Of a stretch of 61,154 bases of DNA, positions 9,185 through 19,038 are shown piece by piece. Origin of the DNA: a plasmid; sequence record NZ_CP121836.1; one strand, given 5' to 3'. The position numbers and the translations under genes are program-made. Within the stretch, counting starts at the first letter, position 1; each line of letters begins with the position of its first letter. The notes under the pieces are model-generated. The model was given only the letters and a program-made list of their open reading frames with translations, was not told the DNA's origin and did no database searches.

Positions 9185-10216
9185 TCTTTCGCACCTTTGT
9201 TTTGCAGCAGTTTTTTTACTTCACGGTCGAAATCAGATTCGATGCGCTGCTGCTTGTTGAATTTTTCATATTCGGCAAAGGCTTTTTGTTCCGCCTGCTG
9301 GCGGGAAACCGTTCCGAAACCGTCCAGAATCCGGTACTCATTGAAGGCAAGAAATTTGTTTACGCTCTCGGCAAAGCTCTCCATCGTGAAGGTATTGCGT
9401 CGCTCGATAATGCCTTCGATGTAGTCGAAAAAAAGCTGAAACAGCGCGCTCCAGTTTTTTGATATCGGCTTCGCTCAAATAATTCTTTGCCACGTTTGCA
9501 TCTGACTTCAACACGCGGCCATCCGGCGCATTTTTATAAGTGCTCATGCCCATCAAGGGCTTGCTGGCATCGGCATTCAAGGCAATGATTTCTGCCGCCG
9601 TATGGCCGGTAATCGCAAAATGGAACTTGTCCTGCACATGGGCGTAAAACAGCCGGGTAGTCTCCGATTTCGGGTCGTAATCGATGCTGCACTCGGCAAA
9701 AATATCGGTGATTTGTTGGTAAATCCGCCGCTCGCTGGCGCGGATCGAGCGCACCCGCTCCAGCAGCTCGCGGAAATAGTCTTTACCAAAGAAACGGCCA
9801 TTCTTCAGGCGCTCATCATCCATGGCAAAGCCCTTGATGATGTACTCCTTGATCAGCTGGGTGGCCCAAATGCGAAACTGTGTGGCCTGTGCGGAATTCA
9901 CCCGGTAACCCACCGAGATCACCGCATCCAGGTTGTAGTACTCCAGCTTGCGTGTAACCTGACGCGCTCCCTCTTGTTGAACTGTTTCCAAAACGGAAAG
10001 AGTTGCCTCGCGCTGCAATTCGCCCGATTCGTAGATGTTGTCCAAGTGCTTGGAGATCGCCGCCACGCCCACGCCAAACAACTCGGCCATGCGCTTTTGC
10101 GTCAGCCAGATGGTTTCATTGCTGAGCAGCACCTCAACCTTGATCGCGCCATTGGGGGCGGTGTAGAGCAGGAATTCTGTCGTTTCATCCCGCAGCGTGA
10201 GATTGTGCTTGGACAT
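9181..10216 (-). pseudogene. rhuM: RhuM-family protein gene embedded in the type I R-M locus, apparently frameshifted near a T7/A7 homopolymer (about 9427-9433). Split into ORFs 9338..10216 and 9181..9384.
   Basis: The first ORF carries the RhuM-family core (MSKHNLTLRDETTEFLLYT...). The second ORF encodes the family C-terminus ...[30 protein letters not shown] in another frame. Confidence 0.6.
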
Positions 10217-10227
10217 GGCAATTCCCT

Positions 10228-11442
10228 TTATGCCTGAGCAACTGTGGGGGCTTCAGGCTTCGGGAAGCTCAACAGCAGATCGCGGTAATACTCGTATTGC
10301 TTCTGGCGTAACTCGATTTCGCGGGGCAAGCCTGCGGTGAGGGAAGCTGTCAACGCGTCGAATTTGTCGAGGATGGCGACGATGCGAGCCTGCTCGGCAA
10401 GCGATTTTTCAGGGTCGTCTGCGTAGGGTATAGGCAGCGCAAAGCCCTTGATGATGCTTGAATTCAGGTCACCTCTAGCGCCCTGGCCGAGCGCCTTAAT
10501 GTTTTCATAATTAAAGCTTACCCAGTGAAAGACATAACGGTACAAGGCCTTGGTGCTATCAATCTCCAAACAGCCGCAGTGCTGATTGGTTGTTAAGGGT
10601 ATCTTGTTGATCGCAGACCTGCCTGCCGTTGCTCCCGATATGGCAATGATTACGCAATTCGCCGGAATCCACTTCGCTGCGGATTTTTCTAAAGCCTTCT
10701 GCGTAATCTTGATTTCAGTACTCTCGATGTCCGAAAACTTGACCTCTTGGGTTCTTAGCCAGGGAATATCCCCGTCATCGTAATACTCTGGGTTGCCGGC
10801 CGTTGGCGTTCCGCCCGAGTACCATTTTTTCGTAACATCTCCCAACGTCTTCCACGCCACTTCCCCCTCTTCAAAACTCAACAACTGGTCGCGATAGTAG
10901 TTGTATTGTTTTTTGCGGGCGGTCAGCTCGGCGGTCAGCTCGGCGGTCAGCTCGGCGGTCAGCTCGGTGAAGGCGTCCAGTATGCGGACGATTTCAGCCT
11001 GGATTTCAAGCGATTTTTTGGGGTTATCCGGACAAGGGATGGGAATCTTTAACTCGTTTAAGACGGATTGCGTTTGACTGGGAACGCCGCCCGCCTGGTT
11101 CATCTCGCCAAGACCTACCGTTGTCAAGAAATAGTAAAGATATTTCGGCCAAACCTGCGCTTCATTAATTTCCGTATAAAAGATAGTGTCGACGGTCCAA
11201 AACGGAACATCGACGAAGAATAGATTGCCAAGCGAGCCCTTTCTCGGAATCAAGACTGATGGCTTGTTGTAGGCGTAGGTGTCCGCATATCGCATGATCC
11301 CGCCGGAGCCATAAACAGGAAATTCGCCATCGCCAAGCGACTTGTGATCTTTACCGTTCTTGATGCGCACAATGTCGCCAAGACGCTTGAACTCAACCCC
11401 ATCCGGGCAGTGTTCAGCGATTAGGTCATCAATACGACTCAT
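10228..11442 (-). CDS. hsdS: Type I restriction-modification specificity subunit HsdS, type IC (EcoR124-like), with a central TAEL tetrapeptide repeat array.
   Basis: Two target-recognition domains separated by a conserved central region containing [34 protein letters not shown]-terminal conserved region [16 protein letters not shown]. Confidence 0.9.
   Translation of the reverse strand: MSRIDDLIAEHCPDGVEFKRLGDIVRIKNGKDHKSLGDGEFPVYGSGGIMRYADTYAYNKPSVLIPRKGSLGNLFFVDVPFWTVDTIFYTEINEAQVWPKYLYYFLTTVGLGEMNQAGGVPSQTQSVLNELKIPIPCPDNPKKSLEIQAEIVRILDAFTELTAELTAELTAELTARKKQYNYYRDQLLSFEEGEVAWKTLGDVTKKWYSGGTPTAGNPEYYDDGDIPWLRTQEVKFSDIESTEIKITQKALEKSAAKWIPANCVIIAISGATAGRSAINKIPLTTNQHCGCLEIDSTKALYRYVFHWVSFNYENIKALGQGARGDLNSSIIKGFALPIPYADDPEKSLAEQARIVAILDKFDALTASLTAGLPREIELRQKQYEYYRDLLLSFPKPEAPTVAQA
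10921..10971. repeat. 12-bp tandem repeat (GGTCAGCTCGGC x about 4) encoding the TAEL repeats in the central region of HsdS.
   Basis: Plus-strand ggtcagctcggcggtcagctcggcggtcagctcggcggtcagctcggtgaagg. Confidence 0.9.
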
Positions 11443-12998
11443 GCCTTCAGCTCCTCGCCTTCAATCTCCGCCACGATGGCGTCGATGTCTTTGCGTAGCC
11501 GGTCGATCCTGGCAACCGTGGTTTTCAGCTCGGCATTGAGTTGAACGATGTCCACCACCTCGCGGGTGTCTTTGGCTTCGACATAGCTGCTAACCGAGAG
11601 GTTGTAATCGTTGGCGGCGAGGGCATCCAGGCTCACCGACTTGGCAAAGTGGTCCACCTCTTTCTTGCTATCAAACACCGCCATGATCTGCTCGATGTGC
11701 GAGTCCAGCAGCACGTTGTTGTTGGTTTCTTTCTTGAACAGGCCGCTGGCGTCGATGAACTGGGTATTGGAGTCTTTCTTATTCTTCGCCAGCACCAGAA
11801 TGTTCACGGCGATAGTGGTGCCAAAGAACAGGTTGGGCGCGAGCGCGATCACCGTCTCCACGTAGTTGTTGTCCACCAGGTACTGGCGAATCTTCTGCTC
11901 AGCACCGCCCCGGTAGAAGATGCCAGGGAAGCAGACAATCGCCGCACGGCCTTTGCTGGAGAGGTAACTCAAAGCGTGTAGTACAAAGGCGAAGTCGGCC
12001 TTGGACTTGGGCGCGAGCACGCCCGCTGGGGCAAAGCGGTCGTCGTTGATCAGGGTGGGGTCGTCCGAACCGATCCACTTCACCGAATACGGCGGGTTGG
12101 AGACGATGGCATCGAAGGGCTTGTCGTCGCCGAAGTGCGGGTCGATCAGGGTGTTGCCGAGCTGGATGTTGAACTTGTCGTAGTTGATGTTGTGCAAGAA
12201 CATGTTCATCCGCGCCAGGTTGTAGGTGGTGTGGTTGATTTCTTGCCCGAAGAAGCCGTCTTCGATGATGTGTGCGTCAAAGTGCTTTTTGGCCTGCAGC
12301 AACAGCGAGCCGGAGCCACAGGCGGGGTCATAAATCTTGTTGACGCTGGTTTGCTTGTGCATCGCAAGCTGTGCGATCAGCTTGGACACATGCTGCGGCG
12401 TGAAGAACTCGCCGCCCGACTTGCCCGCGTTCGCTGCGTAGTTGGAGATCAGGAATTCGTAGGCATCGCCGAACAGATCAATGCGACTGGCGTCGAAGCC
12501 GCCGAAGTCCAGCTCCGCCACGCGTTTGAGCACTTTGGACAGACGATCGTTCTTGTCTTTGACGGTGTTGCCCAGACGATTGCTGGTGGTATCGAAATCA
12601 GCAAACAGGCCTTTGATGTCGCGCTCGGAGGGGTAGCCGTTGGCGGAAGCTTCGATAGCGGCAAAGATGTTGGCCAGATCGGTGTTCAGGCTCTCATTGG
12701 TGTTGGCGTTGGCTGCGATGTTCACGAACAGTTGGCTGGGGTAGATGAAGTAGCCCTTGGTCTTGATGGCGTCATCTTTGGCAGCCGCGATATTCGGATC
12801 ACTGTCTGCCATGGCGGCGTAATTGACAGAAGAGTCGCCGCCGGTGATGTAGTCGACGAAGTTCTCGCTGATGAAGCGATAGAACAGCGAGCCCAGCACG
12901 TATTGCTTGAAGTCCCACCCATCGACGGCGCCGCGGACGTCATTGGCAATATCCCAGATCTTGCGCTGTAGGGCTGCGCGTTGTTCATTGCTTGTCAT
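11439..12998 (-). CDS. hsdM: Type I restriction-modification N6-adenine DNA methyltransferase HsdM (519 aa).
   Basis: N-terminal HsdM domain [23 protein letters not shown], the AdoMet motif, and the catalytic NPPY motif ([11 protein letters not shown]). Confidence 0.95.
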   Translation of the reverse strand: MTSNEQRAALQRKIWDIANDVRGAVDGWDFKQYVLGSLFYRFISENFVDYITGGDSSVNYAAMADSDPNIAAAKDDAIKTKGYFIYPSQLFVNIAANANTNESLNTDLANIFAAIEASANGYPSERDIKGLFADFDTTSNRLGNTVKDKNDRLSKVLKRVAELDFGGFDASRIDLFGDAYEFLISNYAANAGKSGGEFFTPQHVSKLIAQLAMHKQTSVNKIYDPACGSGSLLLQAKKHFDAHIIEDGFFGQEINHTTYNLARMNMFLHNINYDKFNIQLGNTLIDPHFGDDKPFDAIVSNPPYSVKWIGSDDPTLINDDRFAPAGVLAPKSKADFAFVLHALSYLSSKGRAAIVCFPGIFYRGGAEQKIRQYLVDNNYVETVIALAPNLFFGTTIAVNILVLAKNKKDSNTQFIDASGLFKKETNNNVLLDSHIEQIMAVFDSKKEVDHFAKSVSLDALAANDYNLSVSSYVEAKDTREVVDIVQLNAELKTTVARIDRLRKDIDAIVAEIEGEELKA

Positions 12999-13213
12999 TT
13001 TAAAGTCCTGTTTCGATTCGTTGAGCCCTGCTCAGGCGCAATGCTTGAGCAGGAGTAAATGGGTTGTTACGGCAATAGGGCCGCGTTCTATCTCCCGGCC
13101 TTCTTCGCCTTGGGTCGATAGAAATCCTCGATTCTTCAGGCGGTCACCAACATATCGCCCGGCTTCTATCGCCCACCTATCGACGATAGTGCGCAGGTTG
13201 TCCGATAGGCTGC

Positions 13214-14851
13214 TCATGCCAGCGCCCAGTAGCGCCGCCAGCGCTTGTTACCCTCAAAGCGGACTTCCCCGCGCTCGATCAGCTCTTCCAGCGCGCGCTT
13301 GACTTGCTTGGGATGGATTTCGCCGCCGACGCGCTGATGGATGTCGCTGATGGCCGACCTGGGGTAGCGCTGCAGGTCTTCCAGTACCAGCGCGGCCAAG
13401 CGGTGCGGCTCAATGCGCTTGAGTGTGGTCTCGCCGGTGAACTGGAGGCTGCGCAGCAAGCTGGGGTCAACAAAATAGCGTGTTGCCTGGGTACGCCCGG
13501 CGCTTTGCACCAACTGCCAGTCCAGTAGGCGCTTTAGCCAAGGTTGCAATGCTTCAACCGACGGCAGCTCAAGCGACGTTACCAGCTCGCGTGCCGTCAG
13601 GGCATCGTGCTGCGCCAAGAGGCCCAACGCGATCCGCTCGCGCTGCGTGAGCTGGTAGGTCTGATCTGCTTTCGCAATGAAGTCGATGACCTCAGGCTTG
13701 AGAATGCGGCGGCGCACTGTCACCTGCACACGATCGTGGGTCTCGATCAACTCGGGAGCCGGGCGGCCCTGTGAGAGCAGTACCTCGAAGATCTTGTCGA
13801 AGCCGCTGCCTTCCCGCTCCATCAGTTTCAAGTCATGGAACAGTCGTGCCAGGTGTTCGTTACGGCGTACCGTAGTGTGGAGCACGTTCTGCGGCGAGAC
13901 GCCCAGCGGTAGCGGTCCAGGGTTGACCACTTCCAGCCGGTCTGGATGCAGGTTCAAGAAGATGTCACCGCGCTGGGTGTAGGGACGATGTACCAACGCG
14001 TTGACCAACAATTCGCGCACCACGATTTCATCGAAGGCGGGCACGTTCTGGCGGTACAGGCCATCGGGTAGTTCGTAGCGCTCGCGAAAGTCAGGCACCT
14101 CCTGCCAGACCGCTTCGATCAATTCCATCGGGCTTTGCGTGTGGTCGTCCCAGACCAGCTTGTTGACCTTCTGTCCGTGCTCGTCGTACTTGATGAACTG
14201 GATGACCGGAGCGGTGGTCAGTTGAGCGCGATGATGCTGGCGACCGAGACTGAGCACGCCCAGATTGGTGAGGTTCGGCCCTTGTGCGAGCTGATAGTGA
14301 TCGAGCAACTCATCGTCAGACTTCTCTTTCACGGACGGCTTGACGCGATCCGATGCGCGCAAGGCTTCGAGCAGCTTGTCGCGTTTGGCAGGATCAATTT
14401 CGGTACGTGGAACATGCAAGGTGGTTTGCGTTTCCCATGGCAATGCGGAACGCTCGCTGGCGAGGCGCATAACGTCATCGCCCGTCACGGGCTTGCTTTG
14501 GTCGGCTACGCGCAGGAAGTAGCGGCCGTCCGTGGTAGATGCAACGGCCATGGCGCGCGGAATGAGCAATTCGATGTATTGGCCGCCATTCGGGGCGATG
14601 GTGACATCCGGCAGCACCGTCACGTTGACCGTGCGCTCTGCCAGCTTGCGACGCAGTGTGTCTGGCAGGTCTGGAGGGACACGCTGATCGGCGGGAGGCT
14701 CGCTCTGGCCATCCTCGATCCCCAGCAGTAGGCGGCCACCGGTTGCATTGGCAAAGGCAATGCAATCCTTAGCAATTTCGTTCCAGTCCGCCGTCTTGCC
14801 AGTCACGGCCCGCAAGGACTTTTGGTCAAGGAGTTGCCCTTCCAAGCTCAC
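13214..14851 (-). CDS. ATP-binding protein with a divergent-AAA (AlbA_2/Schlafen-like) N-terminal domain and an HATPase_c_4-like C-terminal region. Often mis-annotated as a RecG-like regulator and commonly linked to R-M loci.
   Basis: 545-aa protein; domain architecture inferred from sequence pattern only. Sits immediately upstream of hsdM on the same strand. Confidence 0.6.
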   Translation of the reverse strand: MSLEGQLLDQKSLRAVTGKTADWNEIAKDCIAFANATGGRLLLGIEDGQSEPPADQRVPPDLPDTLRRKLAERTVNVTVLPDVTIAPNGGQYIELLIPRAMAVASTTDGRYFLRVADQSKPVTGDDVMRLASERSALPWETQTTLHVPRTEIDPAKRDKLLEALRASDRVKPSVKEKSDDELLDHYQLAQGPNLTNLGVLSLGRQHHRAQLTTAPVIQFIKYDEHGQKVNKLVWDDHTQSPMELIEAVWQEVPDFRERYELPDGLYRQNVPAFDEIVVRELLVNALVHRPYTQRGDIFLNLHPDRLEVVNPGPLPLGVSPQNVLHTTVRRNEHLARLFHDLKLMEREGSGFDKIFEVLLSQGRPAPELIETHDRVQVTVRRRILKPEVIDFIAKADQTYQLTQRERIALGLLAQHDALTARELVTSLELPSVEALQPWLKRLLDWQLVQSAGRTQATRYFVDPSLLRSLQFTGETTLKRIEPHRLAALVLEDLQRYPRSAISDIHQRVGGEIHPKQVKRALEELIERGEVRFEGNKRWRRYWALA

Positions 14852-14873
14852 GCGTCACCTTCCCCAGCTGGAT

Positions 14874-15080
14874 TCATTTTTGTTCGCTCCCATCGCCCGA
14901 TTCTTCATCGGCACCTCCAGCTCGTACCCACTCATCCACTTCCGAGAGCTGGAACTTCCACAGCCGCCCTACGCGGTGCGCGGGCAGACCCTTGCGCTCG
15001 CGCCAGCGGTACACGGTGTCCTTGGCCACGCCCAAGTGCTGGGCGACGTGCTCGGCGGTAACCCACGGTTCTTTGCTCAT
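14874..15080 (-). CDS. alpA: AlpA/excisionase-family (HTH_17) DNA-binding protein, 68 aa.
   Basis: MSKEPWVTAEHVAQHLGVAKDTVYRWRERKGLPAHRVGRLWKFQLSEVDEWVRAG, a typical AlpA/Xis HTH pattern. Confidence 0.7.
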   Translation of the reverse strand: MSKEPWVTAEHVAQHLGVAKDTVYRWRERKGLPAHRVGRLWKFQLSEVDEWVRAGGADEESGDGSEQK

Positions 15081-15204
15081 GTCGTTGGCGCTCGGATTAT
15101 GCGATTCAAAGTCGTCTTAAATCGTTTGAAGTCTACCATTTAGGTGCTGTGGAAGCATCCCGATTGCCTTTGACTGCGTTCGCTGTAAGTTGAATGTGGT
15201 AACA

Positions 15205-15385
15205 CGGGGCGCAGTGCCACACTGTCACCATCATGGCTACACACTGTCACCACCATGGCTACACACTGTCGCCACAGGGTGACCACATTGCCACCATCAT
15301 CCTTGCCACACTTTCAACACCTTGTTCCCATAAGGTTGACACCCTGCTGCCACCATCCAACCACACTGTTCACACAGTGGGCCCG
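15205..15385. repeat. Cluster of direct repeats containing CACACTGT(C/T)ACC / CCATGGCTACACACTGTC. Possible arm-type or regulator-binding sites next to alpA.
   Basis: Five or more copies of the CACACTGT core seen at about 15215, 15240, 15262, 15310 and 15360. Confidence 0.5.
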
Positions 15386-15508
15386 CAGCCCGATCTGATC
15401 GCACTGACAATTTTTGCTGGTCACAAAGACCCACGCCCCGTTACTCCCTAACCTGGGCACAAGATAAGAAATAACAGTCGAGGGATTTGGAATGTACGTT
15501 GTACAACT

Positions 15509-16483
15509 TTGGAATGTACGTGGCCGGAAATTAGGGATGACATCCCTAATAGATGCGCAAACTTCCGAACCGGCAGCAAGGCAGAGAGCACCGGGCATAT
15601 CAATCCGAAGTATGGAAGTAGCCCTGGGCGGACGTTCTATACCCATATCTCCGACCAATACGCGCCCTTCAGCGCCAAGGTGGTCAACGTCGGCTTGCGC
15701 GACTCGACCTATGTGCTCGATGGCCTGCTGTACCACGAGTCTGACTTGCGTATCGAGGAACACTACACCGACACGGCGGGCTTCACCGATCATGTGTTCG
15801 GCCTGATGCACTTTCTGGGATTCCGGTTCGCGCCGCGCATCCGCGACCTGGGCGACACCAAGCTGTTCATTCCCAAGGGCCATACTGCCTACGATGCACT
15901 CAAGCCGATGATTAGCAGCGACAGGCTGAACATCAAGGCTATTCGCGCTCATTGGGATGAAATCCTACGGCTGGCCACTTCGATCAAGCAGGGCACGGTG
16001 ACGGCCTCGCTGATGCTGCGCAAGCTCGGCAGCTATCCGCGCCAAAACGGCTTGGCCGTCGCCCTGCGCGAGCTGGGGCGCATCGAGCGCACGCTGTTCA
16101 TTCTGGATTGGCTGCAAAGCGTGGAGCTGCGCCGCCGCGTCCATGCGGGGCTGAATAAGGGCGAGGCGCGCCACGCGCTGGCCAGGGCGGTCTTCTTCTA
16201 CCGATTGGGTGAAATCCGCGACCGCAGTTTTGAGCAGCAGCGCTACCGGGCCAGCGGCCTCAATCTGGTGACGGCGGCCATCGTGTTGTGGAACACGGTC
16301 TATCTGGAGCGTGCCACCAGTGCTTTGCGTGCCCACTGCAAGGCGCTGGACGATACGTTGCTGCAATATCTGTCCCCGCTGGGGTGGGAGCATATCAACC
16401 TGACCGGCGATTACCTATGGCGCAGCAGTGCCAAGGTCGGTGCGGGGAAGTTCAGGCCATTGCGACCGCTGCCACCGGCTTAG
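15509..16483 (+). pseudogene. tnpA: Tn3-family (Tn21/Tn1721/Tn5393-subgroup) transposase TnpA, C-terminal about 300-aa fragment. Recognisable similarity starts around 15590.
   Basis: [31 protein letters not shown]...[18 protein letters not shown]...KFRPLRPL, the Tn3-family DDE C-terminal region. The gene stop overlaps the 38-bp IR. Confidence 0.8.
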
Positions 16484-16516
16484 CGTGCTTTATTTTCCGT
16501 TTTCTGAGACGACCCC
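16479..16516. repeat. 38-bp terminal inverted repeat of a Tn21-subgroup Tn3-family transposon (GGGGTCGTCTCAGAAAACGGAAAATAAAGCACGCTAAG). Outer end at 16516.
   Basis: The plus strand reads the reverse complement CTTAGCGTGCTTTATTTTCCGTTTTCTGAGACGACCCC immediately at the tnpA stop. Confidence 0.85.
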
Positions 16517-16657
16517 AAGTTGCAAAACACTTTGGTGTGTCTAGGCCGACTTTAAACGCAGCATTGGCGAGATTGTCGCCATCTGATACCTAGCTGAAAG
16601 CCGCATCATAGCTCACTTCTCGCACTGCCATTTAACATAAAAAAGCAGGTTGCGCAG

Positions 16658-17053
16658 TCAATCGCGGGGGGTGCTTTGGCCATGTGAAAAGGTGCCATCA
16701 GCATTGAACCTGATCCCCATCACCTCAAAAGCGGCCAATATTTTATTAGCCGTCTCTCTCCTGATATTGGCCTTCCCTAATTCAAATTCCCTTAGAGCTG
16801 TTTTGCTTACTTTGGATAACGAGCAGAAATCATCCCTGGTCATTTTTAGAAATTCCCTGGCATGGCGGCATTGTAGATTTGTAAAGTCGTGAGAGGGGCT
16901 ATTATAGCCTTGCCGATTTAGCTTTATTCCTATGTCGGTAGTCCAACTAACGGCGGTGGGATATGAAATTCCTAACCTACTTGCTAATTTATGTAATGTA
17001 CCTTCTTCCTGGTAAGCCTTAATTATTTCTTCATCGGTAATATAATTAGTCAT
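16658..17053 (-). CDS. Predicted DNA-binding protein with an N-terminal HTH and a C-terminal XRE-type HTH (131 aa), encoded in an AT-rich segment.
   Basis: MTNYITDEEIIKAYQEEGTLHKLASRLGISYPTAVSW... and ...LKMTRDDFCSLSKVSKTALREFELGKANIRRETANKILAAFEVMGIRF. No close family recognised. Confidence 0.45.
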   Translation of the reverse strand: MTNYITDEEIIKAYQEEGTLHKLASRLGISYPTAVSWTTDIGIKLNRQGYNSPSHDFTNLQCRHAREFLKMTRDDFCSLSKVSKTALREFELGKANIRRETANKILAAFEVMGIRFNADGTFSHGQSTPRD

Positions 17054-17201
17054 TTTTTAACGCCAGCCACTCTTTAATTTCCTGACCATCAAAAAAGAAA
17101 TGACCGCCCCCACTAACAGAGTGGATCTTGGGCGGCAATTTCCCATTGATCATTTTTCCACTAAGCACGGCCAATCTAAGATCTGAAATCCTGATTTGCA
17201 T
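17046..17201 (-). CDS. Small excisionase/AlpA-like (HTH_17) protein. The ORF could extend upstream to 17342. Overlaps the downstream gene by 8 nt.
   Basis: MQIRISDLRLAVLSGKMINGKLPPKIHSVSGGGHFFFDGQEIKEWLALKND follows the HTH_17 pattern (PPxI...G...F...EIxEWL). Confidence 0.4.
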   Translation of the reverse strand: MQIRISDLRLAVLSGKMINGKLPPKIHSVSGGGHFFFDGQEIKEWLALKND

Positions 17202-17362
17202 TAGCCTGGCCGTATCTTCCAAACCCAATAATTGCTCCCAATAATCGCCAGATGCCCTAAATAGCTGTTCCGAATAGTAGATCACCGGAGGAAGGGAACT
17301 CAGTCCAGTTTGTGCGATCTGATTAGTCGCTAAACAAAACAAGCCACACCCAAAGGACTGAG

Positions 17363-18397
17363 TTGATGCCTATCCTACCACCTCTGCCACGACCACAACG
17401 GCGCCGCATTCACAAAATCATCCATGCCACCCGTGATAAAGGACATGCTCGTCGCTTGATGGCCATCTTGCTGTTACATGAAGGACGCACGATCACCGAT
17501 GTTCATCACCTTACCGGCGCTGCGCGCTCGACCATCGGTCGTTGGCTTCGGTGGTATCGAGATGAAGGCATAGATGCGCTAGAAGCCTTACCGGCTGGCC
17601 GTGCCCCAGTCTTACCTATCGCCAAGATTGTCACCTTACTGGTGCTGCTCATGCAGTTTTCTCCGCAAGATTTTGGTTATCAGCGCAGCCGTTGGTGTAC
17701 TGAACTATTGGCTATAAAAATCAATCGGTTAACAGGGCTCAATGTGGCAGCCTCCACGCTCCGCCGATGGTTACCTCGTATGGGCATTGTCTGGCGCAGG
17801 CCCGTGCCGACCTTGCGGATAAAAGACCCAGCCTATCAGGAAAAAATGGCGAATATCGACGCCGCGCTGGCCCGCTGTGATGCCGATAATCCGGTGTTTT
17901 ATGAGGATGAAGTCGATATAGACCTCAATCCCAAATTAGGAGCCGACTGGATGTTCAGAGCGCAGCAAAAGCGGGTTGTCACACCGGGGCAGAATGCCAA
18001 GCATTATCTGGCAGGCGTTCTCCACGCAGGCAACGGAAGGGTACTTTACGTCAGCGGGATCAAGAAAAACTCATCGCTGTTTATTGCCATGCTGGAAAAG
18101 CTGCGCCACCACTACCGACGAGCCAAAACCATCACGTTGATCCTCGATAACTACATCATTCACAAAAGCAAACAGACCGAGCGATGGTTGAAGAAGAATC
18201 CCAAGTTCTGCCTGGTGTTCCAGCCAGTTTACAGCCCTTGGGTTAATCACATAGAACGGCTATGGCACAAGTTACATGAAACCATCACGCGCAATCATCA
18301 ATGCAGAGGGATGGCAAACCTGCTGGCCCGAGTGAAACACTTCATGGATACCGTGTCTCCTTTCCCGGGGAATGGCTATGGTACAGCGAAGGTGTAG
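17363..18397 (+). CDS. IS630-family transposase (344 aa). The IS ends were not resolved.
   Basis: N-terminal HTH plus DDE region (...ILDNYIIHKSKQTERWLKKNPKFCLVFQPVYSPWVNHIERLWHKLHE...), typical of the IS630/Tc1 family. Confidence 0.85.
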   Translation: MMPILPPLPRPQRRRIHKIIHATRDKGHARRLMAILLLHEGRTITDVHHLTGAARSTIGRWLRWYRDEGIDALEALPAGRAPVLPIAKIVTLLVLLMQFSPQDFGYQRSRWCTELLAIKINRLTGLNVAASTLRRWLPRMGIVWRRPVPTLRIKDPAYQEKMANIDAALARCDADNPVFYEDEVDIDLNPKLGADWMFRAQQKRVVTPGQNAKHYLAGVLHAGNGRVLYVSGIKKNSSLFIAMLEKLRHHYRRAKTITLILDNYIIHKSKQTERWLKKNPKFCLVFQPVYSPWVNHIERLWHKLHETITRNHQCRGMANLLARVKHFMDTVSPFPGNGYGTAKV

Positions 18398-18485
18398 CAC
18401 TATTGGGATCAGTTATTTAGAACGCCTTCCAATCTCTGACAATGCCTTTCCATCAATGGAACCCATTAAGCAACCTCCCTGGTAA

Positions 18486-18875
18486 TTAAAGAGTGTTTAC
18501 CATGTCAGCCGGTGACAATAGGCCGAGCAGCAGATCATAAGCCCAAGCCAACAAAGCGGCGGTGACTCCCATCATCACGAACCCCGGCAGCATTGAATAA
18601 TCTTCATACAATAGCCAGGTCAGAAGGGAGCCAACAAGAGCCAATCCCGATATGATGCTGAACACCAGCTTAACCGGGAAGCGTAACCACAGGAGCACAG
18701 CAAACAACAGGTAACGGAGTATCTGAAGCGCCCCCATTACGGCCACTTTAGCCGCCCAAGCGGCCTTAGATGCTGGGTTTTCATCATCATTTGCTGATGT
18801 AGTGATGCCGGGTCGGATAGGAATAACCTTATCTGCCTCACCGCTAATTGAATGAATCCTATCATTTTTTTTCAT
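18486..18875 (-). CDS. Small inner-membrane protein (129 aa, 2-3 TM helices) of unknown function. Its promoter carries a TAGGCCAAAATGGCCTA-type operator.
   Basis: Hydrophobic segments LLFAVLLWLRFPVKLVFSIISGLALVGSLLTWLL and GFVMMGVTAALLAWAYDLLLGLL. The palindrome AATAGGCCATTTTGGCCTATT lies at 18924-18944 upstream. Confidence 0.45.
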   Translation of the reverse strand: MKKNDRIHSISGEADKVIPIRPGITTSANDDENPASKAAWAAKVAVMGALQILRYLLFAVLLWLRFPVKLVFSIISGLALVGSLLTWLLYEDYSMLPGFVMMGVTAALLAWAYDLLLGLLSPADMVNTL

Positions 18876-19038
18876 CTGCCGTACTCCTTAGCTTGTCGCT
18901 TTCATGGTACTGCCACACCTATATAATAGGCCATTTTGGCCTATTAGTGTATTTTTTTTCGTATGTACGAAGTTCATTTGTGGCTGTCCATATCATCAAA
19001 ATGGTGTACATTGATAATCGAAGTATATCACTTCAACA

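Noticed and set aside
7163-9424. 753-aa plus-strand ORF
   Set aside because: Entirely antisense to hsdR, which has unambiguous helicase and HsdR motifs. Low-complexity, Leu/Val/Gln-rich translation typical of a GC-rich antisense frame.
13032-13217. 61-aa ORF between the ATPase gene and hsdM
   Set aside because: Short, no recognisable domain; could be a real small ORF, but evidence is insufficient.
17363-18470. Precise ends and target duplication of the IS630-family element
   Set aside because: Could not find convincing terminal inverted repeats by eye. Only the transposase gene is reported.
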